Assembly (NCBI GenBank): GCA_032718475.1
Contig: JAUCBJ010000227.1
Coordinates: 1-37,400 of the forward strand
Reading direction: 5' to 3'
DNA length: 37,400 bases
Source of the DNA: Nemertoderma westbladi
Lineage: Eukaryota; Animalia; Xenacoelomorpha
A program made the position numbers and the translations under genes. Under the pieces are notes generated by a model. That model worked only from the letters and a program-made list of their open reading frames with translations, did not search any database and had not been told where the DNA came from. The first letter of the stretch is position 1; each line of letters starts with the position of its first letter. Below are positions 8,750 through 19,419 of the stretch, piece after piece.

Positions 8750-9990
8750 CCACCAGTACTTCTGTGAGGTGTGTGATGAGGATTGTGGCCTCGGCACACC
8801 AGACACAATTTGAGGTTCCCACCAGCAGTGTGAAGGCCATCCGTTAGTCTTCACACACTGACTGGTAATGTGCCTTCATTTGGTGCACCTGCTGCTTGAG
8901 GAGGGATTCTGTCGACCGGTTGGTTTGAATGTAGGAGGTAGCATCAGGGTAAATAACCACAATGTCGAACGACGCTATCTGCTGATTGGACCAAACCCCC
9001 CGGCTGACCAGGTCTGCGTGGACCCTACCCACCGCTCGACTGTCCTCGTCCAGGTGACCACAAGAGAGAGTAACTTCACGCTGCACCAAAGGCTGAAGCA
9101 AGTAGTTCGCTGTAGACCTCCCTCAGGCACGTATGGGACTTGATGACGAGGCCTCCTGACTTGCAGCTGAGGGTGTGCGTAGTAGTGAAGTGGCCACCAC
9201 AGCCCTAGCATTTGGTGGGGAGACCCGGTGGAACCAAACCATAGCAAAGGACGAGACTGTTACGGAACTCATCAGGGCTTAAAGCATGGTGATCCACAGC
9301 CGATGGTTGGGCTGTGAGCCAGCCGCCAGTGCTATTCACAATGGCCCATTCTACGGTTCTACGTCGACTGAATCCTCCATTTTGGACTTGTAATCTGCGT
9401 CTTGGGCACAGCGGCTCGCCTTTAGGGTGCTTCCCAACTTGGAATTCTGGCCCACCATGAGGAGGGGTTCACCCAAACGGATTGTCTCGACGACTACCAA
9501 TGTCCCATAGGTGGAGGTAGCCCGTGCGGAAGTCTTTCGAGTGAGTGGGTCCCTCAGTCCTATCCCTCCGTGGCGTGTGGTAAGGAGGACGATTTCCTCA
9601 TCAACTGTGTGCAGAGGGAAGCCAAACAGTGCTGGGATGATTTTCTTGACCAGTGCTGTGCAGGTTGGGGTGTTAGCAACATCCTCGGTTGGTGACACGC
9701 GGAGGAGGTAGTCCCACTCTGCCTGTATCCTGACTCCTGTGTGGGCAGCCTGGGGATACTCTTTGGCAATTTTGGTGATGTTTTCGATGCTGCGGACCCA
9801 GCCGGCCACCTTTTCAGCTAAGAATTTGGCGCGACCAACCTCCAAACCAATGTATCTGCCAAGGAAGCAGTGCCCGGAAACCATCTGGACACCGCGTGGC
9901 CCAAACAATGCTTGGGCCCCGATTCTCGAGCCCCGGCTTAACTATCAGAAAGCTCTTCTCAGGCTCAGGATAGTAGCCTATGCTGGGACC
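8750..9990 (-). pseudogene. Decayed CRE-like (RLE-type) non-LTR retrotransposon, 3' part
   Basis: Frameshifted fragments GYYPEPEKS, FLGRYIG, YPQAAH, WDYLLRVSP, RHGGIGLRDP, then the RLE signature (H)ADLVSRGVW...ASFDIVVIYPDATSY and terminal RMAFTLL. This motif order is typical of CRE-clade elements. Confidence 0.75.
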
Positions 9991-10365
9991 TAGCCGATGC
10001 AGCACGTGCCACCATTATTTTTCCAATATTTTTATAAATGGCACAAAATAAAAACACTAAATTTAGTACATAATATTCAGAATAATTACTATTTAGATTT
10101 ATTTACTGGGGATAGAGGAATATGGAACTCTTCCTTAAATTAATTACTATATATTTATTTTGTCTTAAAAATTTATTTTCCAAATAAAAGTTAAATAAAA
10201 AATTTCTTATAATTTTATATAATCAATATTATTGATAAAAAAGTCTAGATAAATATAGTCTGAGAAGGGGATTATTTGAATGTGGTGATTCATATGGTCA
10301 TACCACTCATTCCAGTATAGCCGTAGTAACAGCATCACTGGGTAAGAAGTTTGTGAAATGAGGCA

Positions 10366-12150
10366 ATGTCTTCAACATCCGAGCCGGAAAATAACATGGG
10401 TGATCGTTTCTTATCCAACATTAGTAGGGAATTGGTATATGAACCCTTTGACATAGAAATAGTTGTAGGCAAGAAGATAATCCCGGCGCACAGACGTATG
10501 TTGGTGGCATTGACTGACGACTACTTCAAAGCCATGTTCACTCATGAATGGAAAGAAACCAACCAACCTAAGGTGAAAATCCGAGGTGTAGACAAAGATG
10601 CTGTGGAACAGATCATCAAATTCGCATACACATCATTAATAACGATAAATGAGGGAAATGTGCGGAAACTGTTGGAGGCTGCGATTGTGCTGCGTGTGGA
10701 AGGGGTGACGCGAAGGTGCTGCGAGTTCTTTAAGAACAACCTGGACCCGAGTAATTGTATTGGTTTTCAATCGTTTGCGGAAGATTATTCACTTCTGGAC
10801 CTGTTGCATGATGCCAAAAAGTTCACGATGCACCACTTCCATAATGTTATGCAGAATGACATTTACGAGTTTCTTTTGTTGCCAGTTAATAAGCTGAAGG
10901 AGTTAATTAGAAGTGACGAGCTGAATGTTCGTTCTGAGGTGCAGCTGTTCACTGCTGTGATGAAATGGGTTGAGAGCAGTTCGGAATGGATTCGGCACAA
11001 AGTCGAGCACAATGAGGAACCTTTTCCACTTCTGCCCGAGTTGCTCATACTCATTCGTTTGCCGCTAATTAGATTGATATTATTAGAGCGAATGGTGAAA
11101 ACCCACCCTCTGATTTGTAATGACAATGAGTGTCTGCAACTGGTAGAAGATGCCAAGACATTCCGTATTGAGGGCTCATTGACCTACAGCCCTTGGGTGG
11201 GGACCCATCCTCGGAAACCCCAACCCTGTGCACGTTTGTTGGCTTTCGGTCGGAATAAAAGTGCTCGGCGCCTCCCATTGTTTTTGGATCCGCCAAACTC
11301 ATTCACTGTAGAACAGTACATCCCAGAGACTAATGAGTGGCAAGTGGTTAAACAAATGAATAGGCCCAGCTTTGATGCAGGAGTTGCGTTTCTCAATGGA
11401 TTTTGGTATACGACTGGAGGCATGATCTGGGAATCCGTGGTGAACATCAGTGAGCGTTATGATCCAAAAGTCGACCAATGGCATTACATGGCTCCCATGA
11501 GCACACCTCGTCGTCGCCATGGTGTCGCTGTGATGAACGGGTTGCTCTATGTGGTTGGGGGAGATGGGGGTTGGTTCACATATCACAAGACCGTGGAGCG
11601 TTACAACCCAAACACCAACAGATGGAAACCGGTTACTTCAATGAAGAATCGTCGATCAGGATTGTCAGTTGCCGTTCTGGGTGGATGTCTTTATGCTATT
11701 GGTGGCATGAGTGATTCTTCTATGAATAAAATTATGAATTCGGTTGAGAGGTACGACCCGAAAACCAAAAAATGGGCCAAGGCGGCATCAATGAACATCA
11801 GGCGGCATTCCTTTGGGTGCGCAGTTTATAACAACCATATATACGTGGTAGGGGGCTATTTGGACTACTCTCTCGTACTCCGTAGCATCGAGCGCTATGA
11901 TCCTATAAATCGTACCTGGAATCTGATTGGACCTGATTCGTCACCTGGTTATGGAATAGGAATCGTTGTTTGTTTCGGTGAAATTATAGACATGGGACAT
12001 TCAGATGGCGAAATGGACCAAAATAAGGTCCAGAAATTCGGGGAAAATTCTTGGCAGCTGTGTGGAATGATGGAAAGCTGTAGGCGTAAAACAGCTGCAG
12101 AGAAAATATCTAAGTTCTCAAATTGCGAGTGTGGGTCACCGTTCTTTTAG
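10366..12150 (+). CDS. Intronless BTB-BACK-Kelch protein (KLHL family, most reminiscent of KLHL20/diablo)
   Basis: 594 aa. BTB (IPAHRRML..YFKAMFT), BACK (NCIGFQSFAE, LNVRSEVQLFTAVMKWV, IRLPL), linker HPRKP and Kelch repeats (YxxGG...ERYDP..W), with the last repeat degenerate. Confidence 0.93.
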   Translation: MSSTSEPENNMGDRFLSNISRELVYEPFDIEIVVGKKIIPAHRRMLVALTDDYFKAMFTHEWKETNQPKVKIRGVDKDAVEQIIKFAYTSLITINEGNVRKLLEAAIVLRVEGVTRRCCEFFKNNLDPSNCIGFQSFAEDYSLLDLLHDAKKFTMHHFHNVMQNDIYEFLLLPVNKLKELIRSDELNVRSEVQLFTAVMKWVESSSEWIRHKVEHNEEPFPLLPELLILIRLPLIRLILLERMVKTHPLICNDNECLQLVEDAKTFRIEGSLTYSPWVGTHPRKPQPCARLLAFGRNKSARRLPLFLDPPNSFTVEQYIPETNEWQVVKQMNRPSFDAGVAFLNGFWYTTGGMIWESVVNISERYDPKVDQWHYMAPMSTPRRRHGVAVMNGLLYVVGGDGGWFTYHKTVERYNPNTNRWKPVTSMKNRRSGLSVAVLGGCLYAIGGMSDSSMNKIMNSVERYDPKTKKWAKAASMNIRRHSFGCAVYNNHIYVVGGYLDYSLVLRSIERYDPINRTWNLIGPDSSPGYGIGIVVCFGEIIDMGHSDGEMDQNKVQKFGENSWQLCGMMESCRRKTAAEKISKFSNCECGSPFF

Positions 12151-12677
12151 ATTTATGATTAATTGTTTTATATTGATGATAATATACGATATGTAATAGT
12201 AAAATAGATAGCTATACCTTTTCAATGTGGCCTTCCTTTAACTTATCCTTTGACCATGTACAGCAGGTCCCATTAACCAGAATTACATTGCTTGTGGTTT
12301 ACTAATATATGGGAGTGTCAATGTTGGTATATCAGATGTTCATTGTTCAATATTGTTAACCAACGGATACCCCACGCATACTCCACATTATTTAGTGTCA
12401 TACAACTCAAAACTATAACCAAATTATAGGTAATACCTAAAATACCGTTATTCTAGCAATTAATTTAGCGAATATTTGATTCATATCTTTCGGCCAATCA
12501 CTCAATCTGAAACAGCTTTGTTGTTCTGTGGAATGCATGATTTAACCAGCCTGTTGTGCTTTCAGTTAGTCTTAAACTCAATCATACAGTATTTTTTGTA
12601 CTGATCCGAAATATCGTAGATAGAAGGAGGTCATAGAGATCTATGGTAGATTAATTGCGAGGCATCTCACCCTATTT

Positions 12678-12815
12678 TAGTGCTGCAGGGTATGGTCTCC
12701 AATTGAGGCCAACAACTTTATAATAAAGAAATAATAAAATAAATTAATATAATAATAAAATAAATAAATAAAATAAATTGATGACCTCAATGGCCTACCA
12801 TACTGCAGAACACTG
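12678..12815. mobile_element. Small degenerate fold-back element (possible MITE) with A-rich centre
   Basis: agtgctgcagggtatggt..attgagg versus cctcaat..accatactgcagaacact form imperfect inverted arms. No TSD was seen. Confidence 0.35.
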
Positions 12816-13749
12816 CGGTGCAGTTCATTTAAACCGCATTATTATTCACAATATTTACTGTTATATAATTATTTTATGTTAGCGGTTTACTCATGATTTA
12901 TGAATAATGATGGAAGTCCTCAGGATACCTGAAGTTTATTTCCTCGTATTATAAACGGAGGTTAGTGGGTTGATCATTATTAAGACATACATCAGTGGTC
13001 AAACAAATAGTGTGTGTGCATGTGACAAAAATAAAAGTTTAGTTTCATTCCAAAACATTCACTGTCCCACGCATATTTTGGTAGAGTTCGAGGAGTACAA
13101 GAAGGATTCCATATTAGAGTGCAGGTTAATCTTTGGGAGTTATTTCAGCTACACGACTATCTAACTATAAATGATGAACTACACGTGCCCCTCACCAACA
13201 AGTATTCCTCTTGTTACTACTTCTGATGGGGATTGTGTTTCTCGTAGATGAGATTTTATTGCAACAGAAGGAAAAACTTTACAGTGGACATAATTTGTGT
13301 TTGGTGGTTTCTTTCTACAATTAAATATAGTCGATTCGATCCCTGATGCCAATTCACAATGTTCCAGTGGTCACTACCGATAAAGTTATTATGACTGGGA
13401 TCGAGACAAGCAGTTAATGTTAATATCAGAGTTTGTTAGCGCAAACGTTAATTTTTTGCGTCTTAATTTAATTATTTTTTATACAAATTTTAACCTGAAA
13501 TATTGACCTTTATATGTTTTCTGGCTTAAGATATTTTTACCCGGCTAATCTGTTTCTTGCCCATTTTGCCCTGAATTTCACATAATATTGATTTCTTAAA
13601 CTTATAAGTTATCAGTTCCATTCATTCATTCAACAGTTAAGCCGATAATTCTGTTAGTTTATTATAAAATCTATAGGAATATGTACATTATAATCACCAT
13701 GTATGTATGTACATTGTACAACATGTTGATACTGATGAGTTGATGAGAT

Positions 13750-14060
13750 GAGACTGTTGAGCCTCGAATACTGTAGACATATATACCAGATACCTTTAAC
13801 ACGTTGGGTATGGCATGTCAGGAAGGATTGAATCTAGATGCTAATGCTTTTACTTTATGTTATAACTCTGTTCCAACTTATACAGTTTAGAATGTAATGT
13901 ATGGATTTGTATTAGTTTATACTGTAATGTCAAATGCTTTCAATATAATTATCTGTGCTATGCTAATGATGTCAACACCTGACCCAATTGTCAAAACATC
14001 AGTCCAATCGCCTACACACCATCTAATGAAGTTCGGTAGATCGTCCTTGGGGGAATCCAA
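13750..14060 (-). pseudogene. Highly decayed LINE (CR1-like) RT fragment
   Basis: The minus strand gives broken GFPQGRSTEL, DWT, GVDII, KAFD, KLYKL, IQSFLT and QRVK motifs in RT order. Confidence 0.6.
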
Positions 14061-14374
14061 TTTTTTACCATATATGAGTACACATTATACATATATACAG
14101 TCCAATTATTGATATACTGTACATACAGACATACAGTAGGTCTACATTATAATTCAGTGGATTACTTTTGCTTCACTCTTTTTAAAAATAGGCTTTTGTA
14201 TCTATCAGATGTGCGCCATGGATGGGGAATTTATCAAAAGTGAATTCATAAAATAATACAAAATGGAAGAGTAATTTAATTATAGTGTACCGTCACTATC
14301 TGGGCCTGGGGTACAGAATCTGAACATGCATCAATGGATGGAGAAGGGAATATGAATACTGTATGTATGGGGAA

Positions 14375-15925
14375 CAGAGATGGACACGGGCCGGGTCAGG
14401 CCGCATTCTACGTAAATATTGGAAAGCCCACTATTGTTGAATAATATACTGTATTATCCAGTTAACAAAACACAAAAATATGACAATTTTTGTTACAAAA
14501 TTTTTATCACAAAATTAATTAAGTACAGTAATATGGGAATTTCCACAGAAAATGGGACACGATATGAAAAAAATAAAACTTTAAAAAATAAGCAATATGT
14601 CTTGATTTATTGGGTAAAATTTCCAAACTTTTTCGAATTTGACAAAATTTACATTGATATGAGGGTATAAAGTAGGAAATTTTGCGATCATATACTGTAG
14701 ACCATCGTATTATTTTTCATATTATACACATTATTCACATTTTCTATTCAAAAATCGAGAATGTCCGTAACGTCCGACACTGTGGAATTGCACATATTTA
14801 ATTTTCATGTTACATACTAGGATTGTTTCAAGTTTTATGTGTCTTTGTTTAAGGGGGGGGGGGGGGGGGGGGGGGTATAACCCCCAATGAACCTTTTTTT
14901 AAAATGGCTGTCAATTAGTGTTAAATGATAATATTGCTATTTTGTCATGGTCAACTACTGTATGGAAGGCCAAATAGCCTTTATAGTTAAATATGAAAAT
15001 TTGTAGCCTCCCTCTAGCGGCTGGCAGTGGAATTAGAGATTTCACTAAAAGTGCTACTAGTCCCTCAATTTTGGTCCAAATTTCTTGAAACCGACTTTTT
15101 TGGACTCAGCGTGATTGACTCTACAAAAGTCATCTTATAGAACTTTTAATTAGCCATTTTTATTTTAATAAATTAATTTAATTAATTAATTATCATATTT
15201 TTAATTAAAATTGGCTAATTAGAAAAAATGGTAATATTTATCGAAATTCCATAAGATAACTTTTAAAGAGCTTCCAAAGCTCGTTCGAATGAGCCATAAA
15301 AGAAGACAATTGGTTGAAAAATGACGGAGGAGTAGTAATTTGAAAATGAAAAATGTCATTCCGAGAAAATGCCCTTCAAAGTTTAAACCGTCCCACCAAA
15401 ATTGGCTGTCTGTGTTCTGGATGGTTAAATATTTCTGGCACGAAGGATGCACACCAACGAGCTAAAATGTTCATTACTGGGGTTTTCGGGGTCGCTGATT
15501 TCATTTCTGATGCTAGTTTTAATTTTTGGTGGAATCTAGTCTATCTGTCTGTCTATCGGTCTTCTGTCTTTCATACCATTTGACGGACAGACCGTCATAC
15601 GGAAAAACAGTGATAACTCGAGAACTGAAAGCGGTCTCACTAAGCGGTTTTTAGATCTGAATCGTCATTAAATTCTGCTCTAGGTGAAATAAAGATGCAA
15701 CAATTTGACAATTTTACCTGAAGGGGGGGTATACCGCCCCCCCCCCCCCCCCCCCCCTTAACTTTGGAATGTCTTTGCAATTTAATTTTATTACAATATA
15801 ATTATTGCAATGTCATTTTATTATATGCTGTACAGTAATGTTTAGAAAGGTAAAATTAACGGGGACGGGCCGAGGCACAACGGGCCGGGCCCTGGCCGTG
15901 AAATACCGGCCCGTGTCCATCTCTG
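14375..15925. mobile_element. Non-autonomous DNA transposon with perfect 20-bp TIRs (CAG...CTG, hAT-like)
   Basis: cagagatggacacgggccgg (14375-14394) is the exact reverse complement of 15906-15925, with subterminal cgggccg repeats. An 8-bp TSD is not recognisable. Confidence 0.75.
14853..15757. mobile_element. TTAA-flanked MITE with G-run/C-run termini (Kolobok-like), nested in the hAT-like element
   Basis: TTAA at 14849-14852 and 15758-15761. The termini poly-G-TATAACCCCC and GGGGGGGTATACCG-poly-C are inverted. TTAA TSD with purine-purine 5' ends fits Kolobok rather than piggyBac. Confidence 0.7.
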
Positions 15926-15997
15926 ACGTCTGATGTAGAATGAAAACGTATTTATTGTACCTATTTCTATGGTCGTACAGTACAGTATGCCTATGCC

Positions 15998-18136
15998 TAC
16001 CGGTTCCTGCTGCAAAGTTATGTATCTTGTACGCGCTTTTGAAGACCTTTAGCAGTTTAACCTGCCAAAATTTATATGTCTTTTGGTTTATAAATAGACT
16101 TTAGAAGTTGACAAATATTTAATACCAATAAACACAACATTAGCAGAAACCAGCCTAGTGCGCGTCCATTCACCCGCTGGATATACCCGGGAGACTGGAT
16201 TCTGAGGGCTTAGATTATTATTGCAGTGTAAGCTTACTGTATTATTCGATTGATCGTTAATAAATAATTTCTGACTAATATTATTCACTTTCGGGAAATA
16301 TTAACAGTTCCTTTAGGACGTGGCGCTCTATCTAGGTAAACAGAGATATGACTTATACTAATCACAACGGTAAGTCGGTAAGGCTTATGATTCACGTATG
16401 AGGCGCATTCTTTAGGAAATGCTTAGTTATCAGCCACAATCATGCACACTACCGGTAACGCACAATACGGCACAATAATCTGCCGACTGTCAATGAATTT
16501 TATCATATATAAAGAGAACAGCAATTGACTCATGTAGTGCCTATCAAATAGCATTAAACTCACTACAAACCACGATAATATAAGTCGCAATCGCTATATG
16601 TAACCTGTCTCTCTAACCTGTAGTGTATCAAGAAAATTGGGAAATTTGGGTTCTTTATAAATGTTCTCCAAATAATATTCAACCAACTGATACAAAATAT
16701 GACAACAGTAAAAAGCATTAAGACGGTATGTTAAGTTATGATATGAACTGATAACAGTTATACGCTCTATAATCTTAAGCCTACTAATGTTTCTTCTAAA
16801 GTCTGAAACGAATTGACTCTAGAGCCGGTGTTCCTGGCCTAGATAGAAACAACACAACAGTAACAAAAACACTCTCTGACTCTAACACCGTTGCAGGTAT
16901 CTTTTTACACAGAGAGGAATCGCTCTCATTGGCAGAACACCAGATTCCACAGGTTCCACGAATATCTAAATGCCGAACTATCAGGATTTTTGCAGCCCTT
17001 GGCCAACACACAAAATGAGTCACTCCGCTCGGTTGCCCTGGTTGCATACTCTGCTGCTATAGCTCTATACCGGTTCCTGCTGCAAAGTTATGTATCTTGT
17101 ACGCGCTTTTGAAGACCTTTAGCAGTTTAACCTGCCAAAATTTATATGTCTTTTGGTTTATAAATAGACTTTAGAAGTTGACAAATATTTAATACCAATA
17201 AACACAACATTAGCAGAAACCAGCCTAGTGCGCGTCCATTCACCCGCTGGATATACCCGGGAGACTGGATTCTGAGGGCTTAGATTATTATTGCAGTGTA
17301 AGCTTACTGTATTATTCGATTGATCGTTAATAAATAATTTCTGACTAATATTATTCACTTTCGGGAAATATTAACAGTTCCTTTAGGACGTGGCGCTCTA
17401 TCTAGGTAAACAGAGATATGACTTATACTAATCACAACGGTAAGTCGGTAAGGCTTATGATTCACGTATGAGGCGCATTCTTTAGGAAATGCTTAGTTAT
17501 CAGCCACAATCATGCACACTACCGGTAACGCACAATACGGCACAATAATCTGCCGACCGTCAATGAATTTTATCATATATAAAGAGAACAGCAATTGACT
17601 CATGTAGTGCCTATCAAATAGCATTAAACTCACTACAAACCACGATAATATAAGTCGCAATCGCTATATGTAACCTGTCTCTCTAACCTGTAGTGTATCA
17701 AGAAAATTGGGAAATTTGGGTTCTTTATAAATGTTCTCCAAATAATATTCAACCAACTGATACAAAATATGACAACAGTAAAAAGCATTAAGACGGTATG
17801 TTAAGTTATGATATGAACTGATAACAGTTATACGCTCTATAATCTTAAGCCTACTAATGTTTCTTCTAAAGTCTGAAACGAATTGACTCTAGAGCCGGTG
17901 TTCCTGGCCTAGATAGAAACAACACAACAGTAACAAAAACACTCTCTGACTCTAACACCGTTGCAGGTATCTTTTTACACAGAGAGGAATCGCTCTCATT
18001 GGCAGAACACCAGATTCCACAGGTTCCACGAATATCTAAATGCCGAACTATCAGGATTTTTGCAGCCCTTGGCCAACACACAAAATGAGTCACTCCGCTC
18101 GGTTGCCCTGGTTGCATACTCTGCTGCTATAGCTCT
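15998..18136. repeat. Head-to-tail 1070-bp duplication of an LTR-like/structured-RNA segment related to 4460-5420
   Basis: 15998-17066 equals 17068-18136 except for one substitution seen (tgccgactgt vs tgccgaccgt), with one extra A at the junction. Confidence 0.95.
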
Positions 18137-18336
18137 GGGTGGCCGATAGAACATAGTAAAGAGCCCCTCGTATAACAAATCAGCCAATCAGCCGGTCGCT
18201 TTGCATCATTCGAGTTAGAGAGCTTTTTAGAGTATTCCAGCGCCTGGGGGGGGGAACTGGATTGCAAAGCAAAAGGGCCAGTTATATCCCACAGAAGCTT
18301 TTACATATCTCGTAGCAAAATCGCGAGTAACGCTAG
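18137..18336 (+). mobile_element. Possible Helitron 3'-terminal fragment
   Basis: ctcgtagcaaaatcgcgag is a degenerate hairpin followed 5 nt later by CTAG (18333-18336), the canonical Helitron 3' arrangement. The next base is G rather than the expected T. Confidence 0.4.
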
Positions 18337-18338
18337 GT

Positions 18339-18610
18339 GGTTCGAACCCGGCTGAGTTAGATTGTTTGGCAGGTTCAGGTTGGCATGGTTGGTGTGGTTC
18401 GAACTCGGCTGAGTTCGATTGTTTGGTAGGGTTCGGGTTGGTGTGGTTCGAACTCGGCTGAGTTTGATTGATTGGTAGGTTCGGGTTGGTATGGTAGGTA
18501 TGGTGGGTGCGGTTCGAACTTGGGTGAGTTCGATTGTTTGGTAGGTTCGGGTTGGTATGGTTGGTGTGGTTCGAACTCGGCTGAGTTCGATTGTTTGGTA
18601 GGGTTCGGGT
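18339..18610 (+). repeat. 58/48-bp hairpin/G-rich satellite, block 1
   Basis: Units of GGTTCGAACTCGGCTGAGTTCGATTGTTTGGTAGGGTTCGGGTTGGT(ATGGTTGGT)GT. Confidence 0.95.
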
Positions 18611-19419
18611 AAAAGAAGTAAAAGTGTCTGAGTCTGTACTCCCAGATATTCCCATTGGTGATATCTCCTTTGCAGAAGTGAAGGCTGCTACAAAGAGCAT
18701 TAAGACCAATCGTGCCAGTGGAGTAGATGGTGTTCCCCCTGAGGTCTTTAAAATACCTGAGTGTTTAAAGCTCATCTATCCCATCATAGTAGACATGTGC
18801 CGAACAACAAGACTCCCACAAGAAATGAAAACGATGAAAGGACCTTCGAATACGTAAGGGAAAGGCATGGGCAGCCTTGAATAGGCTTTCCAGGATTTGG
18901 AAGTCACCGATAATTAATCGGAAACTTAAGGTCCGATTATTTAGAGCAGCAGTAGTTCCAGTACTCCTCTATGGGAGTCCATGCTGGGCTCTAACTGCTG
19001 AGGACACCAAATCTCTGGATGGCACATTCACAAGAATGCTACGCCTGGTTCATTGTGTCAAGTACAATGCACTTATCTCCAACCAGACACTATATAACAT
19101 TAGAGGTAGAGGTGTCTCATTGTTTCCCCCAAGCTTGACACTAGAACAAAATCGCCTCCGCTTTGCAGGATATTGCTTTCGCCGTGAGGACCAACCAGTG
19201 CATAATCTTGTACTTTGGCAGCCTCATGGAGTGAATAAGCATGGTGGACATCCCATGACTTTCTTGAGACGCATCTTAAAGGACACTGGCCTTGAAGATG
19301 CGGATGATCTAGCAAATGTCATGGGTGATAGGGAGTTGTGGCGGTGCAATTTTGTCGATAAGCCGGCACAGCATTCTTAAAAATGCAGCTGCAATGCCTC
19401 ATGCCGATCCTAGTAGTAG
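18611..19419 (+). mobile_element. RTE-like LINE, 5'-truncated and internally deleted copy
   Basis: Same 5' junction and (TAG)3 tail as 21487-23112, and lacks about 830 bp of the RT core (junction near 18833-18840). Confidence 0.9.

Noticed and set aside
12632-12645. CATAGAGATCTATG near-palindrome as a mini P-like element
   Set aside because: Too short and no convincing TSD.
12960-13260. hAT transposase fragment (minus-strand ICLTTD)
   Set aside because: One short motif without supporting colinear motifs is too weak to call.
16088-17112. Small ORFs in the 1070-bp unit
   Set aside because: They are not preserved in the diverged homolog at 4460-5420, where indels break the frames. The conservation pattern is non-coding.
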